DNA of 59,989 nt, the filler included, from Sphacelaria rigidula (taxonomy: Eukaryota), in NCBI GenBank assembly GCA_964200075.2. It is 8 parts of 8 records of this genome, joined end to end, with 100 filler letters (N's around TTAATTAATTAA, not from the genome) between each part and the next. Parts side by side here need not be neighbours in the genome. Positions count along the whole stretch, not along the records: positions 1 to 7,412 come from CAXNAA020015047.1; positions 7,513 to 14,924 come from CAXNAA020015048.1; 6 more parts are not named here. One strand, 5' to 3'. The position numbers and the translations under genes are program-made. The notes below the pieces were generated by a model. It was not told the origin of the DNA. It saw only the letters and a list, made by a program, of their open reading frames with translations, and did no database searches. How positions within the stretch are numbered: position 1 is the first letter of the stretch; each line of letters begins with the position of its first letter. Shown here piece by piece: positions 1 through 12,547 of the stretch.

Positions 1-58
1 AGGGATGCGAGGTTAATGGTCTTATGACTACGGCATGCATGATCATGAGTACACCCCG
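1..58 (+). mobile_element. 3' end of SINE-like family 'SINE-C' (cut by window start)
   Basis: AGGGATGCGAGGTTAATGGTC...GATCATGAGTAC followed by a C-rich tract; matches the 3' ends of copies at 30821-31289, 33540-33841 and 50219-50702. Confidence 0.8.
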
Positions 59-648
59 CCTCCCTCTTATTTTCTGCTCTTCGTCTACTCTGTCTGTTCT
101 AACTTTCTGTTTCGTTCACTTTCCTTCGGCGACCGTTCCCACTTTGTTGTTATCTCGGTCATGTCTATCATGTGGATGATGACCAAGACTGGATCATGAT
201 TGCTGGGTGATGAGTCAAAGTGCAACAATCGATCAGTCAATCAACCAATTAGTTCTATCACCTGAGATTTTCAATCTCTGCACGGTTCAAGAGATGGCCA
301 CCTGAGTGGTGGTTGCGCCCTGTTCAAAAATGATTTCATCGGGTGCGAGCTTGCGTTACACGAAGGTGGAAAGCGTTACTCACCGGCCTCCCTCCCCCTC
401 CTCATGAATACGTTTCCTTTTGGTTGCTGTATTGCATCGTAACCGTGAGGTGATTGACTGAATATACGGCAACTTTGATTGAAATAACAAGGACCTCTTC
501 TCTCTTTCGTTTTTATTTTTTTGCTGAACTCGCGCACCTCGGCCGACGGGAAAAAAGGACCTCTTCGCGGGCCTGGATGATGACTACTCCATCGATAGAG
601 CGGGATACGAAGAAGGTCAGAGTAATCCTACGATAGGAGCAGGGAGGC

Positions 649-728
649 GTACTCATTTGTCGCTTGCCTGAGTCGTTTGACCATTGACCACGCATCCCTT
701 TCGAGACGGGGCACTGTTCGTACTCCTA
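649..728 (-). mobile_element. 5'-truncated LINE 3' end with target-site duplication
   Basis: Reverse complement matches 30097-30180; flanked by ATAGGAGCAGGG(A)GGC at 633-648 and 729-743. Confidence 0.8.
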
Positions 729-819
729 ATAGGAGCAGGGGGCTGGGGGGGGCTTGATTGCACGAAATACATTGGAGTGCATGGCTTACTCATACAATCC
801 CCGGCTTACATTTGCTTGT

Positions 820-915
820 CATTATACTTCCAACCGTTCTTCGTCGGTATGAGTTCGTTATCTCAAGGAATCAACCCATACCTCCCCTGGTCTGTTCCGG
901 TCTGATATTTCGTCA
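820..915 (-). mobile_element. degenerate 3' fragment of tRNA-SINE family T2
   Basis: TCTCAAGGAATCAACCCATACCTCCCCTGGT resembles TCTCAGGGGATCAACCCATCTCTCCCCCGGT at ~2968-2998. Confidence 0.45.
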
Positions 916-1298
916 TCGAACACATGTTTCATGTCCGACTTTTGCCTGCTGGTGCTCCGTACTCGTCGAAATGTGTTGCACGTCTTTTTCTCTCGTCTTT
1001 GCTCGCTGCCCTCGGTGTTCAAACTTGTACAACACATGATCGAACAGCTTGGGCGTAGTAGGAAACTGGGGGTGTTACGAATCCCAACGGTGATGTTTTT
1101 TTTTGTGTATTTTTCCCGTCTGGGAAAATGTGAAAACGTGAGTTCACTTACAAGACAAAATTGATGAAAGTCGACGGGGTGCGGGGGTGGTGATAGTCAT
1201 GATCCGAAACTTGATACTAGATACTTGATGGCAATGCAGGTGCACACGGGAGCAGGGATGGATAGGTTGATGATCGCTCGCTTGAGACTGGGGATTGA

Positions 1299-1438
1299 CT
1301 AGTCTGGGGAATAGTGTAAGGGTGTCAAACGGTGCACATCGTGCCCGAACACAGGCATGTCCATCACGGATGCCATGCACAGGCCGCAGTTCACCACTCC
1401 GTTGCTCAGGCGGATGTAGTCGAGTTGGCAAGCCGCCC
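1299..1438 (-). CDS. possible isolated terminal exon, unknown Cys-containing protein
   Basis: Pyrimidine tract, CTAAT and CGCAG acceptor, then an open frame AACQLDYIRLSNGVVNCGLCMASVMDMPVFGHDVHRLTPLHYSPD*; no partner exons identified. Confidence 0.3.
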
Positions 1439-2419
1439 CTGCGACGCCAATTAGAGCACGAGAAAGGAATCCTCCCCGTCCTGCTCCCTTTTTCGATGGC
1501 TTTGCCTGTGCGGGCGTTATCGGCGCGAGCCCGCGTGTTCTATCATTTCTTTGTTGAACTATTTCCCATGTCGACTCTCGACATTTTTCTCTTGTTCCTG
1601 GGAGATAATATGAGCATACCGTAATACTGCTTACTTGTGACGTTATTTTTCACAGAACAAAGTTCGACGTCGTTGTGCTAAGTGGAGTCGGATGTTTCTT
1701 GCTTTTTTTTTCGTGCGGGTGTGGTTCCGCATTTCATTATAAAGGGTGGCGACGCCTCCTCACGTAATGCTGCGCTCTCGTGAGCCGACCAGATATATTA
1801 TTCTAGTAATTATTACTAGGTGGCATGCCCACTACATTGACCTGGACATGAGTGGAGGAAGGAAAACATTTTACGTGCTTCATTTCGTGTAACGATGTAC
1901 CAAAACTTCAGTATTTTTCTCACGTTCGTCCACTTCGTCGTCCTCAGAATCTTCACCTTTTGACATGTTCCATTATCGGCAGCTCGATTACAGACGTTCA
2001 ACAGAGGTCGCACTTCATGTCTCCAGCTACGAGGCAGTTAAAGTGGATATCGCAACCGCAGTTGTCGCGTGCCCATTTTGAGCAGGAAAATACCTGATTT
2101 CTTGCTTTGCTGGTTTTTAGAATGACATTTCCCGTGCACTCAAGGTCGGCACCCTCGTACCGGTTTTCGCATCAGGGGTCGGCTCAAGGAACACTATCGG
2201 ATTTAAGACTTCAGTCTGGGAACTACTACTGCACACGAACTGTCTTGTCTGCATGTTGTTTGTATGCTGCGACGTCCGTAAATTTTACCCGGTGTCGAAG
2301 AGTTTCATTGCGCACGCAGCATGTGCGCGTGGATCTGTTCAAGGTGCAGATGTTTTTTTCAGCACCTTGACGGTACTGTACTATACGCACATGCACATGA
2401 AATTGATCTTGTGACGCAG

Positions 2420-4946
2420 ACATTTTCCCGTTCTCGACGCGTGGATCGTTTGGACTTGATGCAGATGAGCTGAAGGAAATAGATGAGCGAACGGTGGCCC
2501 TGGGTAGGACGGACGAGTTCCTGTATGGTTTCGATAAGTCGCAGATCGACAAGGACGTGCTGGATGAGATAGAAGCAGCGGGAACAGAGGCCAGAATCGA
2601 TGCCTACACGAGGTGAAGCGCGCAGCAAAAATTCAACATGCGCTTGCTTATGTGGATAGACGATGAGTCAATCCATCTATGTTATTCATCGAACAGTCAA
2701 TGTACTAACGGCAATTCCCAATTCCAACACAGCGTGTTTTGTTGAGGATCTAGATCATTGGAGCTCGTTTCATGACTATCTCGGGGCAGAGTATCCGTAG
2801 ACCCCCCGGAAACTTGAACATACTGTTTCCAGTAAAGCCGGTCGTGGTGAAGGCGGCGTCGTGGTGCGAATGCAGGTATTCGTTTTGTGACGGTGTACTC
2901 GTGTGATATATATATATTTCCACCCTCTCACTTTGAACCCCTCCCCTTCCTCGGGATGAGGCCGTGGTCTCAGGGGATCAACCCATCTCTCCCCCGGTAC
3001 GTGCCTTTCATTTTGATCTCGCGGATTGGGTCAGCACTCCTGCACCGCGCAAACTTTCGTCACACAAACCCAGTCGACTACTTTTTTTACTCTCCTCACG
3101 CTTTCCACGGTGGAAATCATACATTACGAAGAAAAAACCCAACGCATCGGGAATCGAGCCCCCGTTCTCTCCACCCTAATGGCGACAGTCGGAGCATTAC
3201 ACCACCGGGGCGCGGCGGCAATATGTGTTTGTGCATGTGCGTGCGCTTGTCGCTTCTGAAGGAAAACCGCCCTGAGTTGTCTATCTAAATCTGGAAATGA
3301 GGCCATTTTTTTGGGCCTGGATTGTTTTCATAGAACCGCTTGGCCTTGATCCGTGCTCCTCCTACGTGGGCCTTGGCTTTACGGTACTCTCTTCCCCAGC
3401 TACACGCCGATCCAGTTCATTTCTCCCTCTTGAGCCACCGCACCCCCGGCGGTATCACTGATATGTCATTGACCGGTCAGAGCGTAGTTTCGAGCTTCGA
3501 ATCCCGACGTATCTCATGCGTTCCCTTCTGGGAAGAACCTAGTTCTGGTCATTGAGAACGAGAGGAGGACTAGAGTACTTGAGCAGAGAACATTCTGACA
3601 AGCGTCATCGCGGTGCGAGAAGGCTGATCCAGTCCGCGGTACTTATATTTCGGGCTTGTACCGGGGAAGAGAGGGGGGGTGTTGATTGGTCCCTCGAGAC
3701 CGACGGACTCGTCCCGACCAAGGAAAGGGGTTGGTTAGAAAAGTGTGGAGGAAATACTTCCTCTGTGCCATAAGTAAAGTTCCTTATGGGGGGCAGATCG
3801 TAAATCGCCAACGGAGTTGCCCACGACGTTTTTTCAGGTTGCCAGGGTTCTTCTCTGTGTTCTGGAAAAGAGGCGAAATATGGCCATTTCGGGGCCGACT
3901 GATCGTTAATCGGTCATTCGCGCACGCTGGCTGCTGCGCAAACAGGAACGAAAAAGATGCGATTCAACCAAAAAAACCTTGAAGATTGCAAAATATATAT
4001 CGCCTACGGCATTGGACACGGTTAAGGATCTGTGTGATCATGACGTCGTTACTTATGGCGCAGAGGAAGTATGACACCTTCTCTGTGGAGTGTTGGGCGA
4101 AGCTACCCTCAAAACTCTGGTATGGTGAAAATCACCCATCACTTGGTTGCGGAGTGGTGCGAGAGATGACGGTTACGTTCTTCAATTGGTCGGTACCGTG
4201 AAGAAATCATTCGGCAGTGCGCGGAGTGTTGTGGTCGGCGCACGTGCACTGCAACCTGGTTAATCGTGATGCCCACCGGGCACAAGGCGAACTCATCGAT
4301 GGCTTGTCGTATTGCGACTTGGTGAAGGACAGTGTGTCGCGAGACTCAGGCGATTACACAAGATGGCGTAGACCTCGCGGGATATCGCGCTGGTCCTTAT
4401 TTCATCGTGGTTGGTGATATCGATATTTCCTTGCTGCCATTGCCGTCGTCGTCGTTGCTGCTGTTGTTGGTTGTGGTACTGCTCGCGGTATGCTATCGCT
4501 GCCGATGCTGACCTTGATTCTGCTTCTTGCATCTTTCATCGGACAGGTTGGTAGCAGGAGTATCGTCGTACCCATACCAAGACGACCTCCAGGTTGCCCG
4601 ATACCTCAAGTGGGCCGCAAGGATCTTAGTTCCCAGGGAGGAGGTGCGGATATGGATTATGGTGATGAATATAACGGGTAAATGAATGTTGTTGAGAATG
4701 CTCGGCCTTCATGGGAAACCAACAAATTGGGAAGCATTGTATTCAGAGCATGCCGAATGGCTCCGTGTCTGCTGCCCGCATCTTGATGTGGTCCTTCGAT
4801 TCAGAAGGTTTATGCGTTCGGTCGTCACAGGGGGGAAACATCATTGGTTCACCTCGTTACCAGAGCCACGCTTGTCATTGACTGGGTGGTTGATTGGATG
4901 GTTGGTTGTCGGCCATGAGCTAACCAGCTCCTCAAGATCTACGTAG
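2420..4946 (+). pseudogene. decayed multi-exon gene of unknown family
   Basis: AG/GT-bounded protein-like segments: 2420-2612 (IFPFSTRGSFGLDADELKEIDERTVALGRTDEFLYGFDKSQIDKDVLDEIEAAG...), ~2733-2875 (stop plus frameshift), from ~3400, ~4064-4410, and ~4547-4946 (LVAGVSSYPYQDDLQVARYLKWAARIL...K*MLLRMLG...). A SINE lies in one intron. Confidence 0.4.
2906..3216 (-). mobile_element. tRNA-derived SINE, family T2, (TA)n tail
   Basis: Minus strand starts GCCGCGCCCCGGTGGTGTAATG (A box) ... GGCTCGATTCCC (B box), ~310 bp, ends GAGGGTGGAAATATATATAT. Confidence 0.75.
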
Positions 4947-5487
4947 CTTGCACAGTACCCACGTGTTCCTGCCAAATAGTTCCTCAATAGTTCCACAAGC
5001 GTTTTCCCCCGGTGGTAATATAACGACTGGCTTGACCCCTTCGGTAGATCCATCTTGGGGAGTACGGTACAGCGGAGGTCCCAACATAGTGCGGTGGGAC
5101 GCCAGCCTAGCGTGACCACACTCTAGCGCACTAAACTGCTATAGTGTATTGTGCAACGATATGACATTAGTATAGCTGATCAGACTTGTGAAGAGTGATT
5201 TGGCAGCAGTGTGGCGGAACTCAACACTGCAACACTGGAGAGGACGAAACTGTGGTGTGACCCGCACTGCAGTCGTTTTTTACGGTTGGGGTCAAGCCAG
5301 CTCCCACTATTAGAGTAGGGGTGGATGCGAGGGTAGTAAAAGAGAAGCGGAGTCCGAACCATAAACTTCGTTCCGGCAGGAGCGGGTTGATGGCAAATAG
5401 TCACTGTATGGTTTGTTCGATGAAGGCTGTGTTCCCCCCTCCTCTTCTTGAAGAACATGGATATGGATTAATTGGTGGCTGTGGATA

Positions 5488-5548
<61 letters not shown>
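5488..5548. repeat. (ATT)n microsatellite, ~20 units
   Basis: Seen directly. Confidence 0.97.
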
Positions 5549-5643
5549 GTCATTGTCATTACTATTATTATACAATGTATTATTAGCGTAAATGATCTGC
5601 CGCTTGGTACTGGAATCAAGTAAGTCGTGTGATTCATCTCGGA

Positions 5644-5877
5644 ACAATAATTTACATCAAAACCAACCTTCCATTTCTATAACAAAGTAAACGGCTCGGC
5701 AAGAGTCACAAAAAGGGCGAAGCAGTTCAACAGACTCGACAAAACAGAAGAGTAAACGGCTCACACAACAGTAATTTACATCAAAACCAAGCTTCCATTA
5801 CTATGACAGAGTAAACGGCTCGGCAAGAGTCACAAAGAAGGCAGAGCAGTTCAACGGTCTCGACAAAACAGAAGAGA
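5644..5877. repeat. tandem duplication, ~123-bp unit x2
   Basis: TAATTTACATCAAAACCAA...AGTAAACGGCTCGGCAAGAGTCACAAA...CTCGACAAAACAGAAGAG occurs twice. Confidence 0.9.
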
Positions 5878-5880
5878 CCG

Positions 5881-6025
5881 AAAAGGGCGGGTCACGAACA
5901 GTATTCACGGGCTACCGTGAAGGGTCTCGGGAAAAAAGGGCCGGTCACGAACAGTATTTATGGGCTACCCTGCCCCCGGCATGATTGTTGGAAAAAATGG
6001 CGGTTCACAACCAGTATTTACGACC
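5881..6025. repeat. ~53-bp tandem repeat, 2 clear copies plus 1 degenerate
   Basis: AAAAGGGCNGGTCACGAACAGTATTYAYGGGCTACC repeated. Confidence 0.75.
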
Positions 6026-7176
6026 TGTCCTGCACAAAATGAACGGAGGTGGTTTGGTGGGGGCTATCGCGACATTACTCTTGTGTGTTTGGTTGGGCGG
6101 AAATACACCGACAGTGCGCTTGGCGAAAACACAAGTGCGCGGGAAAACGGGAAATCGTTTCGGGAAATTTTGAAATTTTGATGGGAGGGATTGTCAACTA
6201 TGCTCAACAGGCATCACGGACACGACTGAATCGAGAACGGGAACGAATGCTGTTCGTTAACATCGTTCACATGGTACCACCTTTTCATCGACATGGTGCT
6301 CCATAGGCTTTGCCCGCGACGTAGTACCGCAGTCAACACACGAGGGTCGATCAAGTGACAGCCGGGCAAAAAGCACAACCCACGCACACGAAATCATCTA
6401 CTTATGTGCAGTATAAGATCAAGATAAGAGCGGAGCAACACATGAACGGTCAGCAACGACACGTTTTCTCACACACAGAACAAAGAGTGTTTAGATACTA
6501 TTTTACAGAACAAAAACGCATGCATTCCAATCGCGTACGACAAGTTACAGGCTGCTGTTGGTGATTCATCCGTCTGTGAGGTTCGTCTGTGTGGGGGGTT
6601 CGTTTCGCTGTTTCGCTATGCTTGTGCTTGCCGTGTCGTGTGCTGCGCGCGCGATATGATACGCCGTCCCCGTTGTGCAGGGTGGATTGAAAACTGAATC
6701 ATTGGTTGCGCGGGCGACAGAACCCCAGTGGACAACAACTTTGTTCGCAAGCAGACGAAGCCCGACCAAGTACAGACAACCGCCGTCAATCCAGTAATTC
6801 CTCACCATTTTATCGTCCCGCTCATGGTTAGGCCCACCGATTCCTTTCAGCTTGCACCACCGTCCCAAGATGAGCGGGTTTCTTCGGCAAGTATGGCATT
6901 GATTAAACACCGGTTGTTCGTTCGCGTAAACCCAGGCGTGCTGCACCTGTGGCGTGTTTGGTCCACAACAATGCTCCCGCGTGAAACCAGGCGTGCTGCA
7001 CTTGTGGCGTGTTCGGTCAGGTTGGGTTGGAGCTGTTGCGTTGCGAACGTGTAACGTTCGTCAATCATGTGTTTCAGTCACGCCTGTTGAAATTTCCAGA
7101 CCTGTCTCTCACTAACGGTAGTTATCCCGATTTAGTTCTTCGGAGTAAAATTCCCCCTGAAGAATCTGATCACCTA

Positions 7177-7405
7177 AATTTGACTGAACGATCGACGAGG
7201 GATGTAGGGACTGCTGAACCCCTCTCGCGATGAAAAAATGAAGGCAAGCACCGCAGAAGAAAGGTGAAGTGCTGAAAACAAACCAAAAAGAAAAAGCTCC
7301 TGTATTGACCTTCCTCCTGTGTGACCCCGGCTGGTGCGCCCACATATACCGACAGGTGTAGACCGGCGTCCAGAATAGATGGGACGACAACACACAACAC
7401 ACAAC
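7177..7405 (+). mobile_element. 5'-truncated tRNA-SINE, family T1
   Basis: Reverse complement of 49052-49275; ends GGGACGACAACACACAACACAC. Confidence 0.85.
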
Positions 7406-7412
7406 GCTACCC

Positions 7413-7512
7413 NNNNNNNNNNNNNNNNNNNNNNNNNNNNNNNNNNNNNNNNNNNNTTAATTAATTAANNNNNNNNNNNNNNNNNNNNNNNNNNNNNNNN
7501 NNNNNNNNNNNN
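7413..7512. other. artificial contig spacer
   Basis: N44-TTAATTAATTAA-N44. Confidence 0.98.
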
Positions 7513-7515
7513 ATA

Positions 7516-9922
7516 TTACCAAGAACTGAAAAAGAAAACCCGATCCCGTCAGGAAAAAACCTTTTCAGCCATGCACAGACGTCGCAAACTCGTCTACTTT
7601 AGCAATCGAAAGCTCAAATCCTGAATATAAAATCAGTTCTTCATAACCTATGCATGCTCCATTTCAACAATTGTTTGCGTCAGTCAGCACAAAACAAATA
7701 GATATATGTGTATCAATCTCAATCATCACCAGTTCCCAGATCTTCCTTGGAACAACCAAAAATCACACATGCATGCACAGTGGACACCCTTTTCATACTC
7801 CTCAGTTTCCATGATGACATTCGAGAAACACACTCAACCTTCCAATACTCGAATATGTCAAAAACGCACTATTCTCATGGTAACAAGACGCTGTTGTCCA
7901 TGTGAAATTCGATTTAACATACCGTCTACAATACGGTCTACATCAGGCAAGTGTCTACAGTCAACATGTCCAGTGACCGAGATATCATTCCACTCAGCAA
8001 TAAGATGACTCCTCGAAATAGTATGCAAAATAAACACTGCAAAATGAAAGCTTGCAGTAGTGGTGTGTGTACCACTTCCCCTCGAGTTCGAGAACAAAAT
8101 TCAAATTCAAATCGAATTAATTCAAGTTCAAATCACTCAAACTAGAGGTATGCTCGGATACAAAAATATATAGATTTTTCATCTGTCCCAACATAAGAAG
8201 CACAAGATCTGCTCCTATTTGTACCACTCTGTATCCTAGAAAAACATCATTAGCCTCCCTGATGTCGACCATCTATCAACTGCCTAGGGTAGTTGATAGA
8301 ACCCACATCAGTGAAAACTTGCAAGCTTAGATCCTTTTAATGTCAGAACACGAAAAAATCTCTTTCGAATCTCGTTTACTTCGTAGACCCTAGAATACCC
8401 AGAGAAATTTAATGTACCAGTACACTCGTGCATTTCACAACGACTTCTACTGCTTATATCCTATCAGGGAGAAACTCGGAACATAAAACCAAACTCTGTA
8501 AGCACTAAAATAATTGTAACCAAAACTAGCGATTGATCAGCCCACTTAATTTCGAATCACTGATCTTTGATGCAAATTTCGCTCGTCATCCGGCCCGATA
8601 AATTCCCAAAATCGTCAAACTCATCGTCCCACTCTTAGAATATTGTCTCTTTCACAAAAATCAATCCTTGTGCACCAAAGTCCAAGTGCAGGCAAAGAAG
8701 TTGGATAAGAAGTTACTCGGCATAAACAGTACACTCATCCAAATATCAGGACGGATATTACTCATTGAATAAACGCCACACCCTGGAGAGAACATAATTT
8801 AAATTACTCCGTATTAAAACCCACACACGCCCCCCACACCAACAACAAACATTAAACCCCCCCCCCCCCCCCCCCGATTCAACATTACATATTATTTTGC
8901 AGGGGGTATTGCTTCCAGGTAGTACATGAAAACATAACATCGATGACCCCAGAGTCAATTATCGTGAGTTATCCTGGTGCATAGTCAGTCCCGCATGTTG
9001 AACGGCGTGTGGACAGTCAATTGTTTAGTGACACCCAAGACTAAAAACCGTTCTACTCTCGGAAGTATACTCGAGGTTGAATCCACGCCATGTTCTTTCC
9101 GCAATTGAAAATGTCCAACCCAAAATCCAGAGCCGGTGAATCAATTTGCCAAAAACGTTTCAGCGCGGATCGCAAAATATCAAATTCCCTTTTCGAAATC
9201 CATGACCGATTAATCAAATTGTCCAAAATACCCCGCCGTGGATCATCCCATTACATGATTTTTCTCCCAAAATACTCCGCTGTGGATAACCCCATCACAT
9301 GAGTTTTCTTCGTTTTTAATTGCCCGAAAAGAGAATCATGGAAGCAAAAAGTCCATTCCCTCCCCATTATTTTCTTTCCCGATAATGAAAAAAATCATCG
9401 CAATCATGTGGAGGATCAAGTCTAAAAAATCATTACCAAACTACGGTAGTACTTCGTAGGGCGTAGAGAACGAAAACTAGAACAATCAAACAAAAAAATG
9501 CAACCACGGGACGGTACACATGGTTGACGTGTCACGTTGCTGCGAACAACGAGACGACCAGTTTTTCAAAAGTGTATAGTGTTGATTTGCTTTTCCATTC
9601 AGCATCAAAACATTCCGAATCAAATGCAAACTCCCAAAGAAATCAAATGATAAAAACGTAAATGCCAAAGCGTGTCTGGTTCCTGCCCTGGCTCCTGCTA
9701 AGCCCCCCAAGCGGCTGTGTTGTCGTCGCCCAGGCCGCGGTCGCTGTTTTCGGTTTGGTTCTTGCGGTGTCACGGTCCGGGCTTCGTCATTTTTGTGCAC
9801 ATCCGCCTGGGTTCGACAGCAGTTGCCTCGCCATAGAGTGGCTCGCAGCACCGGGGGCAGGGCACGCGTGCGGTAGAAAATAATCGCAGAAATAAGTCAC
9901 CCGTTGTATTTCATGCAAAAAT
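7516..9922 (+). repeat. copy 1 of a long direct repeat (period ~5.03 kb)
   Basis: Colinear and highly similar to 12548-14856; copy 2 lacks ~50 bp present at ~9557-9606. Confidence 0.95.
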
Positions 9923-10047
9923 GCGAAAATTATTCGAATACACCGTACATCCATCATATCAAAGATGAACTTCCTCCCCTACAAACCCAATCGTCTTTCC
10001 TCGCAACGCAACAAAAAAATTGAATTTTGTGAAAAACATTTCACAGT

Positions 10048-10240
10048 ATCATGCCGTGGGTACACAAACTCTGCCCCAACGGTCGACGAGCGGGCCCCCA
10101 GCAAAAAAGGGACTGCGCTTAACTTTCCTCGCAACAAAAAAAATATGAGCAAGCACGTGAAGTACTAAAACCAAACAAGGAACAAAAACAAATCCTCTCC
10201 CTTCAGTCAGACTCCGGCTTGTGCGCCCACATATACCGTT
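10048..10240 (+). mobile_element. old degenerate copy of tRNA-SINE T1 body
   Basis: GTACACAAA...AACGGTCGACGAG...GGGACTGC...GTGAAGTACTAAAA...GTGCGCCCACATATACCG occur in the same order as in T1. Confidence 0.6.
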
Positions 10241-11538
10241 ACGCTCTACAAATAGTTTAAGCATGCTCAACAAACAATCTGTAGAAACGAAAAAAACAAA
10301 AATCATTCACTGGTCCGCATTTGCCCGTAACATGAGAAATGTACCGTTATTGTAGGACAAGATACTTCGATCATACGCCAATACACAGCAGACTGTAATG
10401 CAGTACAGTCTACAAGCAGTGATCAGCCTGGAGTACAGTATACAGAAAATAGTGGAACACGAGAAATGCTACGTGAAATCATTCATAACACTTCGCAAAT
10501 CCGTTTCTGTTTGTAGTCTGCGCGCTCAACGTGCTTGATCAGCGTCCAATGTCCGACAACACAAAAAGCAACCGCATCTCATATCACGAGCCAATGTGAT
10601 CTTGCCCTCCTGTACTGTACATCGCGGTCAGTTGAAGTCACGACTTTTAATCCATGCAGTTTGGAGCTCAAGTAGCTGTGCACACAAGGCAACAGGTCTG
10701 TATAACGCAACATCTCTCGTCGAAGTCATCTATAGTCAAAAATGGAAGTTCAACTGCCGTAAATGACGGGATATAACACCCCCTTCTACAGTCAAGGGGA
10801 TCATATCATTCTGCAGTGGAGAAGGGAAAAACCAAAGTCTCAAACACATGAGAACCAAAGTAGGGCACACATAGAATACTCAAAAGCCACACTAGCGCTC
10901 TGTCTCACTACAGAGCGAGCAGGGCGATGCTGAATGAAAAAAAACTCGATCTCGATCCAAACAAACATGATGATTTATGAAATCAAAACATCACAACGTC
11001 CACTATGTCAACTACACAATAACGGTAGATGACGGAATATAACACGCCTACACGACGAAATATGAAATCACATCAATCCCCTCAGGGTATACATGTATGA
11101 AAGATACTGCATAGATGGGCAGGGCATAACAGTGATCGAAAAAACAGGGGATAAAAGGGAAGGGCAATGTATTGCCAACTAAAAACAATCCGACTGTAAG
11201 CCTGCAAAATGAATCTTCGACACGTTACACGTTAGGCCAGATGTCAATTTAATGTGGTGTTGTATAACGCCCCCAGTTCAACAGAAGAACAAGGGCATAT
11301 GATACTCTAGAAAGCAGTAAAATGTGCAAACCAAATCGCAAACTAGAATAGAATGACTACTTATCGATAACAAAACATTCTTGAAGTCACCCTACTCTTC
11401 AATCCTGGTGGTTCTATCAAGATTCGATGTTCAATCGAAGGAAAAATTTATAAGGGAAAACGTGCCTTCTTGAGCACTGCGGCTCGTGTTGGAGTAGGAG
11501 CTGGGAAGCTGATGACGTTGTCGTCCCGGACGTGGCTT

Positions 11539-11826
11539 GTTCATTGGCGCTCGGATGCTAGAGTGGGTGACGCGCCTGTCGAGGGATATTACTGCTGCCG
11601 ATCTTGGGTACCTCTTACTGCTGCTCCGGTTAGCTCAAGAATACAAAATAAAGATGAATATATGCCTCCTGGACTCCTCCGTCCCTCTGGGATATAAGCT
11701 GAGAAGCTCTGATTCTGTTGTCCTTGATATAGCTGCTCACTGGCGTTTGGATGCTAGAGTTGGTGACGTGCGTGCCGGGGGATGTTTCCGCTGCCGGTCT
11801 TGGGTAACTTTCTGCTCCAGTTAGCT
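11539..11826. repeat. diverged ~95-bp direct repeat, offset ~197 bp
   Basis: TGGCGYTYGGATGCTAGAGTKGGTGACG...CTGCCGRTCTTGGGTA...CTGCTCCRGTTAGCT occurs twice. Confidence 0.75.
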
Positions 11827-12547
11827 ATTGTGGCGCTGTGATGCTGTCCGTTGATGATGTTGTCCTTTTTGTTGTCTGCGGCCTATGCGCGTTCCGATGC
11901 CTCGTTGAAAAATCCGTTTTAACTCTGCTTTTGAATACCGTAGAGATATTTTGTACCATGTTTTACGGTTTGAGAAAACCTTGAGGTCGCCTGAGCGAAG
12001 CGTAGCCTGATCTAAGCCTACGATGTGTAAATCCCTAGCAGTCCGTACATGAGCCTTGATCCAGGTTCAATGCAAGCATAATAGGAAGCCTCATGCACCG
12101 GGTGCATTGTCGCGGGAAGTTGTAGGCCTGCCGTGGCCAGTTGAGATCAGGTATCGTTCATGTAATTAATTCACCCATTTTTGCCCACTCTCACACACAT
12201 AACACACAACTGAATCAAGTGGGGGCGGGAAATCGTTCATACAAAATCACACGTCATAATCCCGTGTTTTCGGCACACGAAAAAAGCGTGTGCCCCCAGT
12301 AGATTTGTACTGCAAGCACTAGATCAGGTATACCTCAAATAACAGAATTGTAGCCCTTGTTCGTATTCCCCCCGTACTTCATGATCCAGTCTTGATATCC
12401 GATCCTGGAACGTAAGTATAATCGATTAGCCTAGCCTCCCTGCTTACGGCTCTAGGACTGATAGTTTATCCTGAATACATAGTGCCTCATTCTAAAACGC
12501 GAAAATATGTCAGTTCTTCATGACATGAATACAACACTATATTTAAT

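Noticed and set aside
5321-5637. Poly-Ile ORFs
   Set aside because: Translation of the (ATT)n microsatellite
7457-7468. TTAATTAATTAA as a biological motif recurring every ~7.5 kb
   Set aside because: It is an all-frame stop linker embedded in Ns; the ORFs that run into X residues are artefacts
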